NCBI RefSeq assembly: GCF_018977255.1
Contig: NW_024704742.1
Span: 48,734,001-48,798,000, forward strand
Direction of reading: 5' to 3'
DNA length: 64,000 bases
From: Callorhinchus milii
Taxonomy: Eukaryota
A program made the translations under genes and the position numbers. The notes below the pieces were generated by a model, which was not told where the DNA came from, made no database searches, and saw only the letters and a program-made list of their open reading frames with translations. Positions 47,581-61,274 of this stretch are shown one piece after another (the stretch's first letter is position 1; each line of letters opens with the position of its first letter).

Positions 47581-49949
47581 ATTTATCTTCCCCAAATCTT
47601 TCTAAATTTTAAAGATTCAAGATCTCCGATAGATCCGCTCTCAGGTTTCTTGAAATAGTGCTCAACCCCTATAACCTTGCCCTTCACACTTTGTGAGTCT
47701 GCTCAGTCACCAGTAAAACTACATTTTGTTTCCTCTCTGATAATGTTCTTGCCAAGTTTTTATTGTTGCTTTTGTTGGATTCAGTCAATTGGCTTTGAAT
47801 CCAATGGAACGCTTCCTCAAATCTAAATGAAGATTAATTTCCCCTGTTAACTTTGCTATTCATAGCCCATATATACACAGTTTAGATGCATGACTATAAC
47901 TGATAGAACTTTGATTCCCGATGTTCAAAGTGGGATGCATTACATTTAAATTAACATCGCACATCCTTTACAATGTGTTCGCAATGAGGAAATGGCTGCA
48001 GTAGTTATACATCAGTCTTTGAACGGCCATTTTCTCCCCAATGTTTCTGGCCTATTGGTGTGAACGTGCAGAGACACATTCAAATTGACTTCAGGCACAC
48101 ATCTGGTGATTGAATTGCAAAGCGTGTAGAAGTACATTCCTTTTCAGTTTTCTTTTCTTTCAATTATTGGCATCGCACCTTTAACTGGTTCATGTTCAGA
48201 GGCAGAGCTGAATTGTGTTCACTGGAGCATGAGTGAAGAATCAGAACCATGAGGTTTCATAATGTAAGGCCCGAACTTCCACCGAGTTTTAGTTTGCAAG
48301 ACCATACTGTCTTAAAATTTAAAGTAGTGGAGAATTGTGTCTTAATTTGGAAGCTGGTTCTTCTTAAGAACAATGGAAAAATCGTCATTCAAATTAAGAC
48401 TGGATTTAAAAATTTGCTTGTCAGTCGACACCTGAAATTTTAAGACAAAAGGATCTTACAATACTAAGATTAGGTTAAATTTGGGGCCCATGTTATTCAC
48501 TAATTGGATTCACTAATAGCTACTCTGAGCCACCGCAAGTAGTGAGTCCTGAACCTAAACGAAAGTTCATCAGGCTGTCCCTTTGGAACTCTGCCCGGAA
48601 GTAGACACGGAATTCCTGGGGGTTGAGACAGCACTCCCCGTTTACCAGCAGGATTTACACTTAGTGAATCCAGGTTGTTAATATCATGGTCTTGACCTCA
48701 ATGTCCTCGTGTCTTTCTTTGCTTCTGTTGCTGCTCGCTCTTTGTTGACATTGGAGGTGGTGTGAAGCACAGTCGTGGTCAGAGGCAGAGATTTCAGTCA
48801 GGCCTTGAGCTTGTACCTTTACCACCATTTTACTCTGTGAGAGGCACAGCTTGATCGAGTTTCTATTTGAATGGTTTTGGAACCATATCCTTCAAAAGAT
48901 CAAGGCTATTAAAATAAATTGCTTACAATTGCTGGAATGGTTTCAAATTGCTCCCAAGTGCAGACTGAACTGGGATTTTGAAGTGCTGGATTGGAGACTA
49001 TAAAATGGTCACCCTCAGCCCCCTGGATAAGTATTGAACCATTTCAAAGAATTATCATTGATTTTAATATTTGCTTTCTGTCTTTCTAGTATACTTGTTT
49101 AAATAAGTGAGTGCTGGTAAGTCTGTTGGGCGAATAGCTGGGAGATGGAAAGTGAAATGGAGCTTTACGAGCATCAGTAAAGCAACAGCACACTTTGTCA
49201 TTACAAGTCATGTTAGTTAATCTCCTTCATCCTGTCACACACAAAACCTTCCGCAAACTAGACTTCGACCCAATAATGTCTTCAGTGCTAATCACTGAAA
49301 CAATGATTGAAAAGATGGAGGGATTGCAATCGAAGTTGGAGTTGATGTCCAGGAAATAACTTGTGTGAAAAGAGTTGCTGACAGAGTCAGCAGAATGGGG
49401 CACTGTGATGGAGGGGTAACATAATGAGCAGTGAAGTAGTGGGCAGGGGTCTGAGTCTGCAATCCATTCCGTGTTCAATTACTCAACTCAGCTGCTATGG
49501 CAAGCTACCCAGGGCAGAGAAACGTCTGACAGGAACTTTAAAACTTCCTACAAATTGCTTTAGGAAAGCTGAGTCTGAGATACTAGAAATCACTCAGTGT
49601 TTTAAGGCACTGTAGTTTTGTTAGAGATCAAAACAAGAGCATAAGTAGTGGAACAGTTACATAAATGATCTGGAATGTAACCACACAGAATGTCAGCATC
49701 TCATTAGTCTCTTCTTTTGGTCAGTCTACAACAACAACAAGAAGATTACATTTGTATAGCGCCTTTCACGTCGGGAGGACGTCCCATAGTCTAGTGAGAG
49801 ATAAGCACTTCATGCCAACAGCACAGAGTGGATTCAGATTGAATCAAGAGGAGCCAGCAAAGGGAGTTTACAGTGAATCAATCAATGCTCAATTTGATTT
49901 TAAAATGTTGTACTGAATTTATACTGCAAGGTTTGCAGTGAAACGCTGC

Positions 49950-50440
49950 TATTTTGGTGGATGAGAGCTAATTTTCTCCAATTGAATGTTGATAAAACAG
50001 AGGGTCTCCTTGGATCCTGTCTGTGCCTTTTTAACTCTGGCATTGACAGCAGCATGACACATGGATGTACACTCCACCTTACTAAGCCCATCTGGAACCT
50101 CAGGGTCTTGTTTGATTCTCAGTTGTGTTTTAAACCACATATCCATGCCTTGACCCATTCAGCTTTTCCCCACCTCCGCAACCGGCTTGCTTTATGTCCC
50201 CTGCCCATTCCATAATCAGTGGTCGTGCTTTTAGTCTCTTTGCTCCCACTCTGGAGAATCTCTGAATCCATTCGCCTTGCCCTCTCCTTCAAGGACCATC
50301 TCTTGGTCATCTTCCCACCCCTTCCCCTCCCCTCTTGGTATTCACACTTCTTGTTTCCAATCCCCAGCTCGGGTGACAACCCTTGATTGTTCAACTCTAG
50401 GGGTGTCCTCCCAACGTGAAATGCCCTATATTTGTTGTTG
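49950..50440 (+). mobile_element. degenerate, internally deleted L2 fragment
   Basis: WMRANFLQLNVDKTE..NLRVLFD, L2 tail. Confidence 0.8.
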
Positions 50441-50569
50441 TCATTCTCTACGAACAGTGCAGTATGAATCTGTGTTGTGCCAATGTGAATTGCACTGGAA
50501 GCCTGCTCTTTATACTGTCTTGAGGAGATGTTTTCAAGAGCAGTTTGATTTGTAAAATTGCAATGGTGT

Positions 50570-51015
50570 CATCCTACCTCAATTGGTAGCACTCTTGCTT
50601 CAGAGTCAGAAGATTACATGTTCAAGCCTCCATTTGGGACTTTGAACTCACAATCTAAGCTGACATTTCAATGTAGTGTTGGAGGACCCTTTATTTTTGG
50701 AGGTGCTGTCCTTCAGATGAGATATTAAAATCGAGGTGCCATCTGCCAACTTGCATGGATGGTAAGGATCCCATGGCACTGTTCAAAAGGAGAAGGGAGT
50801 TTCTCCTGGCGACCAATCCCCCAAATAAAGTTGGTCATTCAGTTTGTGGCTGTTTGCAGGACATTGCTGTGTACAAATTGCCTGCCACATTCATCTACAA
50901 ACACAGTCAGTATACTTTCCAGTTAATCTTGTATAGCATTTTCAGTCATACATAGAGTGAAAAGCACTATGAGAAATGCAATTATTATCATCATTATTTA
51001 TTATTATTCATCATA
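50570..51015 (+). mobile_element. full-length Deu-domain SINE
   Basis: ctcaattggtagcactcttgcttcagagtcagaag..gatcccatggcactgttc..tail. Confidence 0.87.
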
Positions 51016-51994
51016 ATTTATGATCTCACAAGGACACAGAGGTTCTTGCAGTGAGAAGGGCACATTTTGTGGATGTTAGAAGACTTTGTTTTGAAACATT
51101 CTAGGAAGCACACCCTGCTTCTAGTTTGTGGAAACTAGAAACAAATGAATCTCGTTCCGCACAAGTCTCTGGATAAAATCAATAAACATGTCATTCCCCA
51201 AATAACGGATGTAATAATGACTGAAAAGAATAAAAAAAAATGTAGAAACAGTAGAAAGCTTCCTATTCTTGGTGTGACTATGGCCTGAACAATCTCAGAG
51301 CACCAGAACAGAAGCTGTTGTTCAGTTCTGCGAGGTGACCCTTTGACTCTAACAAAAATATTTGCTGTAAGGTATTTACATAATGGCAGCTGTCATAACA
51401 GCACTTCACTCAGTAGCAACACCCTGACTTTGTGGCTGGTTTGGCTTCTTTCACAATTGAGTTTAAGACCCACTGAGAACTCGTTCTTCTCCTCTTCATT
51501 CTCCTTCATCTGGGCCCATAGAGTGCTTCCTATTTACAAATTATAATCTGGCAGCAGCACAGTCCCTTCAGAATTGCCGTGTGAGAAGTGAATGACAATG
51601 TTCCCACATACTGACATCTATTTTTTAATACTGTAGTCACATTACTGTGTGTTCTTCACATGGTGCACAGCATCATATGCGATGGTTCATGTTGCTCTTC
51701 GGTTTGCTCTGTAGAATTTGATGTTGACACTGTATTGAATGTGATATCTGATTTCACACATTAGGGGTCTAGTGTGCAATGATTTCTGTAAAGGATTTTC
51801 AAATATGGGATGTACTGCAGGGTCCGTATCATCCCAACCCATTGGGATTTTGTTCTGATATCGATCTTGAGAAAGGCTTCTTGCACCTGGTAAGAGATCA
51901 GTTTAGATTGACATCCAAGTGGCATTCCAATGGATGGGGGCGAGATGTATCAGAATGTCTCTGTATTTCTGTATCTGACCCATTTGCAGTACTG

Positions 51995-53190
51995 ACATAG
52001 CCCTGGTTAAAGTCAGCAACCACATTCTCTCTGTTTGCAACCCTGGGCCTCCTTGGCCTCCTCAATTCTTCTCTGCTGCCTTTGACACCATTGACCACTC
52101 CATCCTTCTCTATTGTTCCTCCTCCCTGATTCATCTCTGAGGCTCTGTACTTTCTTGGTTTTACTCCTAACTGTCCCAGCATCTTCACTTTGTCTCATCT
52201 AATGGTTTCTCCTTCCATGCACGGTCACACATGGTAAACCCCAAGGCTTTATCTTCAATTCTCTCTTTTCATCATTTACATTATCCTTGGTACCATCATC
52301 CTCAGGCCCATGCCACATGTATGCAAACCACCCAAGGCAACCTCATTGCTCTTTAACCTTACCTTGTCTACTCTCGACTGCAGGACCCCTGCTGTTCTTA
52401 CAGTCCTCTTGTCAGAGATCACGTCCTGCATGAGCTGTCATTTTCTCCACCTCAAAACTGTCTTCTGTCAGCATTTCTTCATCTCAGGCGCTGACTTCAT
52501 TGATCGCCCTATTTGCTCAATCCAAGTCATGGAGACTATGCAGAACCTGCCGTTTTCTTTGACCCTCATATTTCCTTTAAATTTTTCATCCACGCTATGA
52601 CAAAGTCTGCTTTCTTCTCTCTCTGCAAATTCGGCCACTGCTGTTATTAACTCACCCCTCACACTTCTGAAACCTTCATCCACGCCTTTGCCATCTCCAA
52701 ATGTATCTTTTCCGAAGTCCTACTCACTAGCCTTTTGAGCTCTATTCTTCACAAACTCCAGACCATACAGAACTCCGCAGCACATATCATCTCCCCCATC
52801 AAGCTCCACGAGTCCATGACTCCCACCTTCATCTGGCCCCATCCCTTAGCAGGTCACCATTAAGATGTTCAGCCTCCTCTTCTAAGACCTATTTCTCATG
52901 AGACCACCCCCCTCCCTCCCCACCCACCTTGGCCAGTCTCGTTGCCTTGCTGACTCTGGCTTCATGCCCTTGACCCACCATCTGCAGGCGAGACTTCAGT
53001 CATTTTGACCCCTCCCTCTTCAACATTTTTCTGAAATCCCCCCTTTCCCCTTCCCACTCTGCTTTCAAACCTTGCCTGCAGACTTACCTCTTTGACTGTA
53101 CTTTCAGTGACCTCCCTAATTTACCCCCGTTTTAGCTTAAGTGCCCACCTTGTCCTTGTTAACAAAAAAGCTGTGAGATGTTCTTCAATG
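51995..53190 (+). mobile_element. highly degenerate L2 RT/3' region
   Basis: gccctggttaaagtc, ctgctgcctttgacaccattgaccac, cttcatccacgcctttg, cagaactccgcagc. Confidence 0.8.
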
Positions 53191-53772
53191 GTCTATATCA
53201 GCAAATTCTTGATGTTTGTTACTTCACGCAGCACTGCGTGCAGTGTTAGACACTACTGATAAATTACATTGTATATGTTCACTCAATGGGAATTGCATTG
53301 TCCATGTTGTAGAATATCTAATTTTAATAACCATTCCCACTAACTATATGTGCAATGTTACCTTGTTTTGCCATTCTTGAAGCACAGATCGATTCAGTGT
53401 GGCATTGAAGTGTTCCATTATGAAAGGATATAGAGGAGAAGAAGACAATTATAAAAAAAACATCCTGTAATAACCCTTTTGGTATACTGCATAGAGACAC
53501 TTTAAGTGATTCATTGGTCCTGCCACAAGGTATGTGACGATACTTAACAAACCTCATATATGAGGCACAGTGTTATGTCCGGGTCACCTTCATCAATAGT
53601 ATTGTCAATGAAGCACAAACCAAGCTTGTTTTATGAACCACGCTACAATCAAAAACCTATTACAGGATATGCAAAAAGTCTCATTCTCCAATTACACAGT
53701 AGAAATAATAATGTTTACCCATTGTCTTGGAGCATTTGCCATTGTCTAGCAGAGCGGGCCTTGATCTGCTTG

Positions 53773-53995
53773 CAATAATAATAATAATAATAATAATCCT
53801 TGCATTTGATATAGCGCTTTTCACATCGGGAGGACGTCCCAAAGCGCTTCACAGAACACACTGTAAAGTGAATTGACTGTATATTTGTGGGCGAACGCGG
53901 CAGCCAATTGCGCACAGCAATGTCCCACAAACAGTCGTAGATTGAAAATGACCAATTTATTATTGTTTTGGGTTTTGGAGGGATTATTATTAGGC
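53773..53995 (-). mobile_element. young family B SINE, 3' half
   Basis: Near-identical to 35750-35967; possible GCAAT target duplication. Confidence 0.9.
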
Positions 53996-55483
53996 AATCA
54001 CAGAATGGAGGTAAACAAGGGGAATGGGATTAGGAATGGAGAGCACTTGGAGGGAGGTAGAATCAGTATGGACATGATGAACTGAATTCCTCCTTCTGTG
54101 TTATAGAAATACTATGATTTTCTGAATGTGATGATGCTTATTGCATGAAAACAATGAAAAGGAAGAATGGGTCTTTTGCCTCCCCAGACACAGAGGTTTT
54201 AACATTTTCTGCAGGTTGTACTATTAGAACTAATAATTCAGTCTTTAGTTTAGCCTTTAGTTTCAACATAACATTGATCCGTCGGTATATTTACTACCAG
54301 CTCATAATAATAAGCGGTCTTTCAGCCCATCTCTACAATCAATAAAAAAGATTACTGGAGCCTGAAATGTATTGACCTGTCTTCTTGAATTCTCATTCCC
54401 ACAATTGTTAAATGTGCACAATCTATCTGTGGTTCATAGTTATTTCAAATATTTCACGTTTCTGAAGTTCTAACATCGTAAAACAATAATTGCATTTACA
54501 AAAGCTGATTAAAAGATGGTTATCAAAGATGCTTCTTAATATCCATAAGTTTAACTGCCCTGTTAAAGTAGAAATGCTGAAATCAATTAATTTCTCAATA
54601 CACTTTTACTACAACTTTTATTCACTGTAAGAAAATTCCAGTAAGTCAGGAATAATATAAAGATCTTACTTTTCGACCATGCTTACGGTCACCTCCCACC
54701 CCCCCCGGCTCGAAGTCAGACTCCACCACTGTTAAGCGCTCTGAGACTCGGGCTCTGAAACACTACCCTCCATGGAGGGCACTATATAAGTGCAAGTTGT
54801 TGTTGTATGTTCAACCCTATGTTTCTATTCTTCTGCTCCTTTTGAAAACATATTTAACATGTACTTGCTCTCCTTATTCTTTTTCCCAAAATATATACCC
54901 TCACACTTTACTGAATTAAATTTTAACTGCCATTGTTCTGCTCACTCTTGTCTGTCTTGTCTTCATGAAGTTGTTTCCTGTCATTCTTTCCTGGATTGTA
55001 AACGTGGAGGCATAGCAAAGCTCAGGCATCAGCTGTTCTTCCATACTAACCAGAATGAAAATCCAAATTCTCACACCAAAATTCGCACTTTGCTAAATTT
55101 ACTCTGTTCCCTCTTGTTCCTGGCTTCTCAAAGTCATTAAATGTGCGTGTTGTCTTCTGTCCTAAAGTCTCTACTAGTTGCTCACAGCAGACTCAAATTT
55201 CATTGTTCTGCCCTAGTCCAACTGAACTTGTAATAATTGTCAAAATTCTCTAGTTATTCATGTTTATTGTAAAATAAAAGCCTTGATTCCTAACTTTTAA
55301 TATCTTAAGGTCTCTGCTTCTCTCTAAAATTACAATGTGTATAGAATCTGTCTGAAATACTTTCATTCTTGAATAAGCCATTTGTGTGACTGATTGTCTC
55401 TTACAAGATTGTCTCTAACACTTGCAATGTTAAGACCTTTTCATGTGTTAAATAATGATTTTGCTTCTTTTTAATTCTCTCAG

Positions 55484-55514
55484 GGTAACTGAATACAACA
55501 GGAAGCTGAAAAAT
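55484..55514 (+). CDS. LIMCH1: LIMCH1 31-nt coding micro-exon (VTEYNRKLKN)
   Basis: ttaattctctcag acceptor, AAT|gtaagt donor. Bridges phase 2 to phase 0 exactly; resembles recalled LIMCH1 SLDYSRKLKN. Confidence 0.9.
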
Positions 55515-57384
55515 GTAAGTGTATTTAATAATTTTTCATTGCTTTTGTGTGTTGTTCACAGTTATTATAGTTCTAGGGATATTCATGAGATAAAATGTTT
55601 CATTATCAACGTGATAATAACAAGTGCTTATGGTTTTGCGCCACAAATCTATGTCATGAAAAGATATAGAAAACAATCAGAGCCTGGATATGATTGCAGC
55701 TTTTATGTCATTCCGAGGTTTATTATATAATATGCATTGTAGAGTTTGTGACTGGTTTTATTTCATTTTGATTTCTTATTGGCAAGTATTTTGACACAAA
55801 TGGCAGTGAAAGTTATAGTTGTTTGTTAATGTTTATGATGAATGATTAACAATCATTATGTATCGGCTGAAACCATAATAGATCATCAGAAAACACAGGC
55901 AATATCAAGCAGCGTTATTGGACGACAGCAACGGCAGTCTCATTACAGCACAAAGGAGGTCTAACACACACACTTGAAGAAGAAAGTGGCATAAATAATT
56001 AAAATGAGCAGCAAAAGTGAATTGTGGAATTCTCACAAAAAGTGCTTAGGGAGGCCTTCCATTGCTCACAAAATTATGGTAACCTAATGGAAAAACAGCA
56101 GGAAGAAAGGTTATTTTGTGCCATTCATAGAACTTTCATGTGGCAAGAAAGGTGATCAGCAACATTCAAACAGCCAAGTCGAGATTGGTGAGCCAGTGGG
56201 TAGCTTTGGAAGTTGCTTGATGTAAACCTGAAATGTTGCCGGCAAATGATCGAAGAGAGCTCTGATTTACAGTGTGATCCATAGTTTGTGACTGGTGTCC
56301 ACATAACATTGTGCATTGTCTCTCACCTTCCAGAGGTGTAAGAAATGACAGCACATGCCACGCAATGTTCTGAAATGGTTCTATGTGGATCATTGTTTCC
56401 AGGTTGGGTTGAAGCCTGGAAGTTCTTTCGTGGGATTGGCAATCAGGTGTTTGTTTGGGACATTAGCATTATCCCAGAACTTTTTCCAGTCTGCCTCAAC
56501 AACTTGCATTTATATAGCGCCTCTCATGCAGGGTAGGGAGGTGCCAGAGCATGAATGGATTTGAAAACAAATATAAGGATCTTGAAATCGAATTCATAAT
56601 TCTGAGTTCATATTCATATCTGTAATCTAAAACCCAGCAGCGAGAGCCTCTGGTCCTAGTATGGATCTTGGGGTTTGAAATGAAGTGCTGATCCCAGTTG
56701 TTTGCATAGCGTTGGCTCATTGGTTGCATTCATGTAACAGCTTCTTGTGCAGCTCTGTGAAGCAAACCCAAAATGGACATTTGCCATTGCTAGCAGATAA
56801 TTTCTGAAGCCCTCTGAACCGCATGGCAGGAAATGTACTTTCATAAATTGTTCCTTGTAGTCCATTCCAAGAAATAATTCTAGGGAAACGTGTTCTTAGC
56901 TGCCTCCTACAATTATTGTTTAGATACATTACTTTAAAAGTGTTATCAGCTGTCCAATAGCTCATTTATTTCCCTTGCGTTCTCTGCGGGATCTTATGAA
57001 AGCAGAAAGCTGTGCTCAGGTGTGTCTGACACTGCTGTATTTTGCCAAGTTATTTTTTGTCTTTTTTATAGTAGAGTAATTTAGACTTTGTCCTCAAAAC
57101 ACATTCCTCAGTCATAATTCAAATAGACATACCGTTTGCATGTTTCAGTTCATATTTTTCTCTCTCCTGGTCCCATTGGATTTGAGATACTTGGAATTTC
57201 AGATTTTTTTGTTGAATTGTGTTTTTTTTCACATGGGGGGATATATGGGATTATTTGGGGGGTTTTGAGCGCAATCCTCTCACTCACTTTACCCCAATGC
57301 TCAACGTTCATTTTTTGCTGTCTTTGCAGCTTGTGCTTTTTACGCAGATCTGGTTCCTGGCACGAAAATGGCATTGCCAGTGAG

Positions 57385-57535
57385 CAACATAGGAGCAGGA
57401 GTAGGCTATTCAGCCCCTCGAGCCTGTTCTGCCATTCTATTAGATCATGGCTGATCTGTACCTCAACTCCAAATACCCGCCTTTACGCCATGTCCCTAAC
57501 AAAAATCTATCCACCTCAGTCTTGAAAATTTAAAT
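57385..57535 (-). mobile_element. CR1 3' terminal fragment
   Basis: aacataggagcaggagtaggctattcagcccctcgagcctg..gatcatggctgatct. Confidence 0.8.
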
Positions 57536-58639
57536 TTCAGTTATAGTGCAGTTCCACCGTCGACTCCATTCACTGTATATCAGCCGACCCCTCGCTTCCC
57601 GGGCACTGCTTAGCTTTCACATTAAAATGGTCAAATTCCAGGTCGTTGCTGATGCCATTTCCTGCTTTGTGTCCGTGCAGGAAATGGGAAGTGACTTCAG
57701 AGCTGACCTGGACATCATCCATTTTTCTTTTAGCACAGGAACCAACACAGGGATCAAGCCAATCGGTTGCACACAAGCACAGTGTATTTGAGAGTTGGCC
57801 TAACCATATGTGTAAAAAAAATTGGACAAAATGAATTACAAGAGCCCTTCTTATATAATTACCAACCAACCCATGAAATCACAAAACTTGGATTGTTTTT
57901 AATAATTCTGAGTTCATATTCATATCCTCGACCTAAAACCCAGTATGGATCCTAGGGTTTGAAATGAAGCGCTGAGCCCAGTTGATTGCGCAGCATTAGT
58001 CTCATTGGTAAAAGTGGTTGCATTCATGTAACAGCTGCTTGTGCAGCTCTGTGAAGCACACTCTGAAAGGACAGTTGCCATTCCTAGCAGATAATTGCTA
58101 AAATCTTCTAAATTGCATGGTAGGATATGTAATTTCATAGGTTGTGTCTTGATGTTCATTCCAAGGGATATTTCTTTGTTAACTAAAAGAAAGTTCCAGT
58201 AATGAAACTTCAGCAGCTGTGGCCAAATTATTTTCTTGACATCGGGCAAGGAGGGGAATGGTGATTCATTCCCAGTCGTTGCTGTCGATGGATTTTAAGG
58301 ACACGTTTTAGCAGCATTTTCTGTCCATGTACAATGGAAGCCACTTTAGCCGGATGCAGGTTAACCCAGGTAAAATGGAGAAAACGACCGGCCCCGATGT
58401 GTCCATCTTAAGCGGCTTCCACTGAACTTATTATTGCAAGTGAAAATGACCTTGAGTTTGAAAAAAGCACCTTTCCCATCAAGAGGACATCTCAAAACTT
58501 TTCACAAGATTCACTGTGACATGCATTGACTGTATTGCAGGCGAAAGCAATGACCAATTTGCAAATAACGATGTTCCACAAACTACTGTGAAGTGAACAA
58601 CCAATTTTGTTCATTGAATAATACCACTGGCTGTTAGTT

Positions 58640-59095
58640 ATATTCAGTCACCCATTCTTGCCCGTCGCTCCCTATCCTTCAAAGGATCCAGTTCAAGATC
58701 CTGGTCCTCACCTACAAAGCCCTCCATAGCCTCACCCCACCTTACCTCTGTGACCTCCTAACCCTCTACCAATTGGCCCGCTCCCTTCGCTCAGCCAGCT
58801 CCGGCCTGCTCCAAGTCCCCCGACCCACCCGCCCCACCGTTGGCGGGAGAGCCTTCAGCCACTCCGCCCCCAACCTCTGGAATTCCATCCCCCAATCACT
58901 CTGCCTCGCCCCCTCCTTAGCCTCCTTCACGCCCTGCCTCCAGACCCTCCTCTTCGATCATGCCATTGGCCACCACCCTTCCCCTCCCTTCCCTTACCCC
59001 CCCAGCTCGGGTCTGAAATGCTCTACACTGTCCAGTGCCTTGGGATGTCCTCCCGACGTGAAAGGTGCTATACAAATATAATCTTGTTGTTATTG
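58640..59095 (+). mobile_element. L2 3' fragment
   Basis: RPTVGGRAFSHSAPNLWNSIP and tail. Confidence 0.88.
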
Positions 59096-60009
59096 TTTGC
59101 TGGCTCACATACCTTCCAGTTGACATTAAGGGTCGCTTAGTTTTAGCTGTTGGATTAGGTGCATAAAATTGGTCACTCACTCCATGGCTGTTCGTGGGAC
59201 ACTGCTGGGGATAAAATTGGCTGGCACATTTGCCTTCAAATAGTTACTAAAATCCTGTGAAGTGTTTTGAGACATCTCGATGACATGATAAGATATCATA
59301 TGAAATGTACGGATTATTTATTATTACAATTTAGCATTTTATAAAGTGAACTTGTGCTCAAATGTTGTCCTGCCTGTCATAGGTTACATGTCATATCTTG
59401 CATGTTACACAGACTGAAAATAATGGATAGAAATAAATAAAAAGAAAATATTTTATCTTTGGATTCAGATGCCAGTAAACATGAGCTGTGCTTTCACAAT
59501 TTGGCAGAAGTACAGGAAATGTTCCAAGTGCCTGGCCAATATTTTTCGCTTAGTGAAATTGTTCAATAATTAGATTAGTTGGCCATCCATCTCATTGCTC
59601 TTTGTAGGATGTTGCTGATGTAGATATGTTGCTGGACATAATGGGCACAGAACAGACTTTCAGAGTAATTCATCATGTGAAATGCTTTGAGACTGTTCAA
59701 AAATGTTGTATCAAATTCAAGCCTTTTTAATTTTTAAGAGGTTAAGAATTTTTATAAACATGGAGCAGCCATTAGCTGAACAATTTTTGATTCTCAATTT
59801 AATATTTTAGGACATTGCTGTGTGCAGAATTCACCCCTGGATTTGCCTACAAATTACACAATCATTACACTTCAATAAATACTATGAAGCACTTTGAGAT
59901 GTCCTCCTGATGTGAAAGGCATTATATCAAATGCAAGCATTACTATTATATGCTTTTTTTAAAAAAACCTTCTTCTCATTTAAAAAAAAAAGTTTCTACT
60001 CTTTTGTGT

Positions 60010-60325
60010 GTCAGCCACATCGGGACTTGAAACTCATAAGCTGACATTTCAGTGCAGTGCTGGGGGCCTCTTGCGTTGTTGAAGGTGTCATTTTTTGGTT
60101 GAGACATTAAACCAAAGACCCATGTGCCCTTTCAGGTGGATGTTAGCTGATGGAACTATTTAAAAACAGAAGAGAATTTCTCCCAGTATCCTAGCCAACA
60201 ATCTCCAAAATAAAATTGGTAATTTGTTCCATAGCTGTTTGTGGGACATTGCACTGTGCAAATTGGTTTCTGCATTGACCCATAAAACACACACTCAGTG
60301 CACTTTTGAGTATATCCTGTGGATA
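60010..60325 (+). mobile_element. Deu-domain SINE
   Basis: gctgacatttcagtgcagtgctg..caggtggatgtta. Confidence 0.8.
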
Positions 60326-61274
60326 AAGAGCTGTGGATTATCTTATTATCCATCATATTCCAGCCCTCAAACAGTAATATTGCAGAAATCTGTGCCTAGT
60401 ATTAAATGTGGGAGTGTATTGAAGGAAGCTTTGTTCTATCGGGCACTGAGTGGATGTAGTTTCGAGGATGATGAAATGAAAGCCAGGATAGATAGAAGAA
60501 GAACCAACAATAATTGATTTCATTATCAAGTAGCTTAATTTATTGCAAGTGTAAAATACTATCCTTATTGTGAAGGTTCCAGTTCTTTATTTTGTGGATT
60601 GTATCTAGACATGATTACTGGCAGGTATCAGAAAAAGTTGAGTTGAATGTGAACTAGTGATAAGTTTAGAAAAGTGCAGAATGACTTCACAGATATTCGG
60701 GGTCCAGTTTATGATATTTTCAAAAGACACGTGAAGCACTAACGGTGACTTCTGTTTAATTTGCATAGTTTCTAAAATGGCTAAAAGCTGTCGAATTGTG
60801 AAAAAAGATTTCCCCGTCGTTGTCCTACCTTGCTCTCTGCCCTTTTAGAAATAGCGCAATCTCCTCAAATTTAATATTCTCAAATTGTCATCAGAAAACT
60901 ATCTTTCCAATCAACAACAATAATGACAGACAACAACATGCCAATTAAAATGATTGTTGGCAATGATTAGAAAATGTAAATAATAATAAATGCTGCAAAT
61001 CCCTCTAACAGTAACCTCCTGCAGAAGATAAATTAATAAATTCTCTCTTGCTTTTTTCCTTCTTGAAAATCCAGTGCAGTTATAACCTTTGGAGGAAGAA
61101 AATTTTGGCAACATGATACGACAGTGAACATATCCAGCCTTCATCCTAATCACTGAGTTACTGCGCACTTTATAGTTGATGGTGATAAGCATAACATTAA
61201 GTGGGACCATTAACATCACTTATGTTGTAACTCATTGCATTAACTCACATTCTTTGACCATGAATATTATTTTT

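Noticed and set aside
51118..51141. 9-bp hairpin ttctagttt-gtgg-aaactagaa (and cacgcag-ca-ctgcgtg at ~53225)
   Set aside because: Short enough to occur by chance in 64 kb.
55481..55490. cagggtaac as a recursive splice site
   Set aside because: AG and GT are separated by one base, and the sequence is explained as the start of the 31-nt coding exon.
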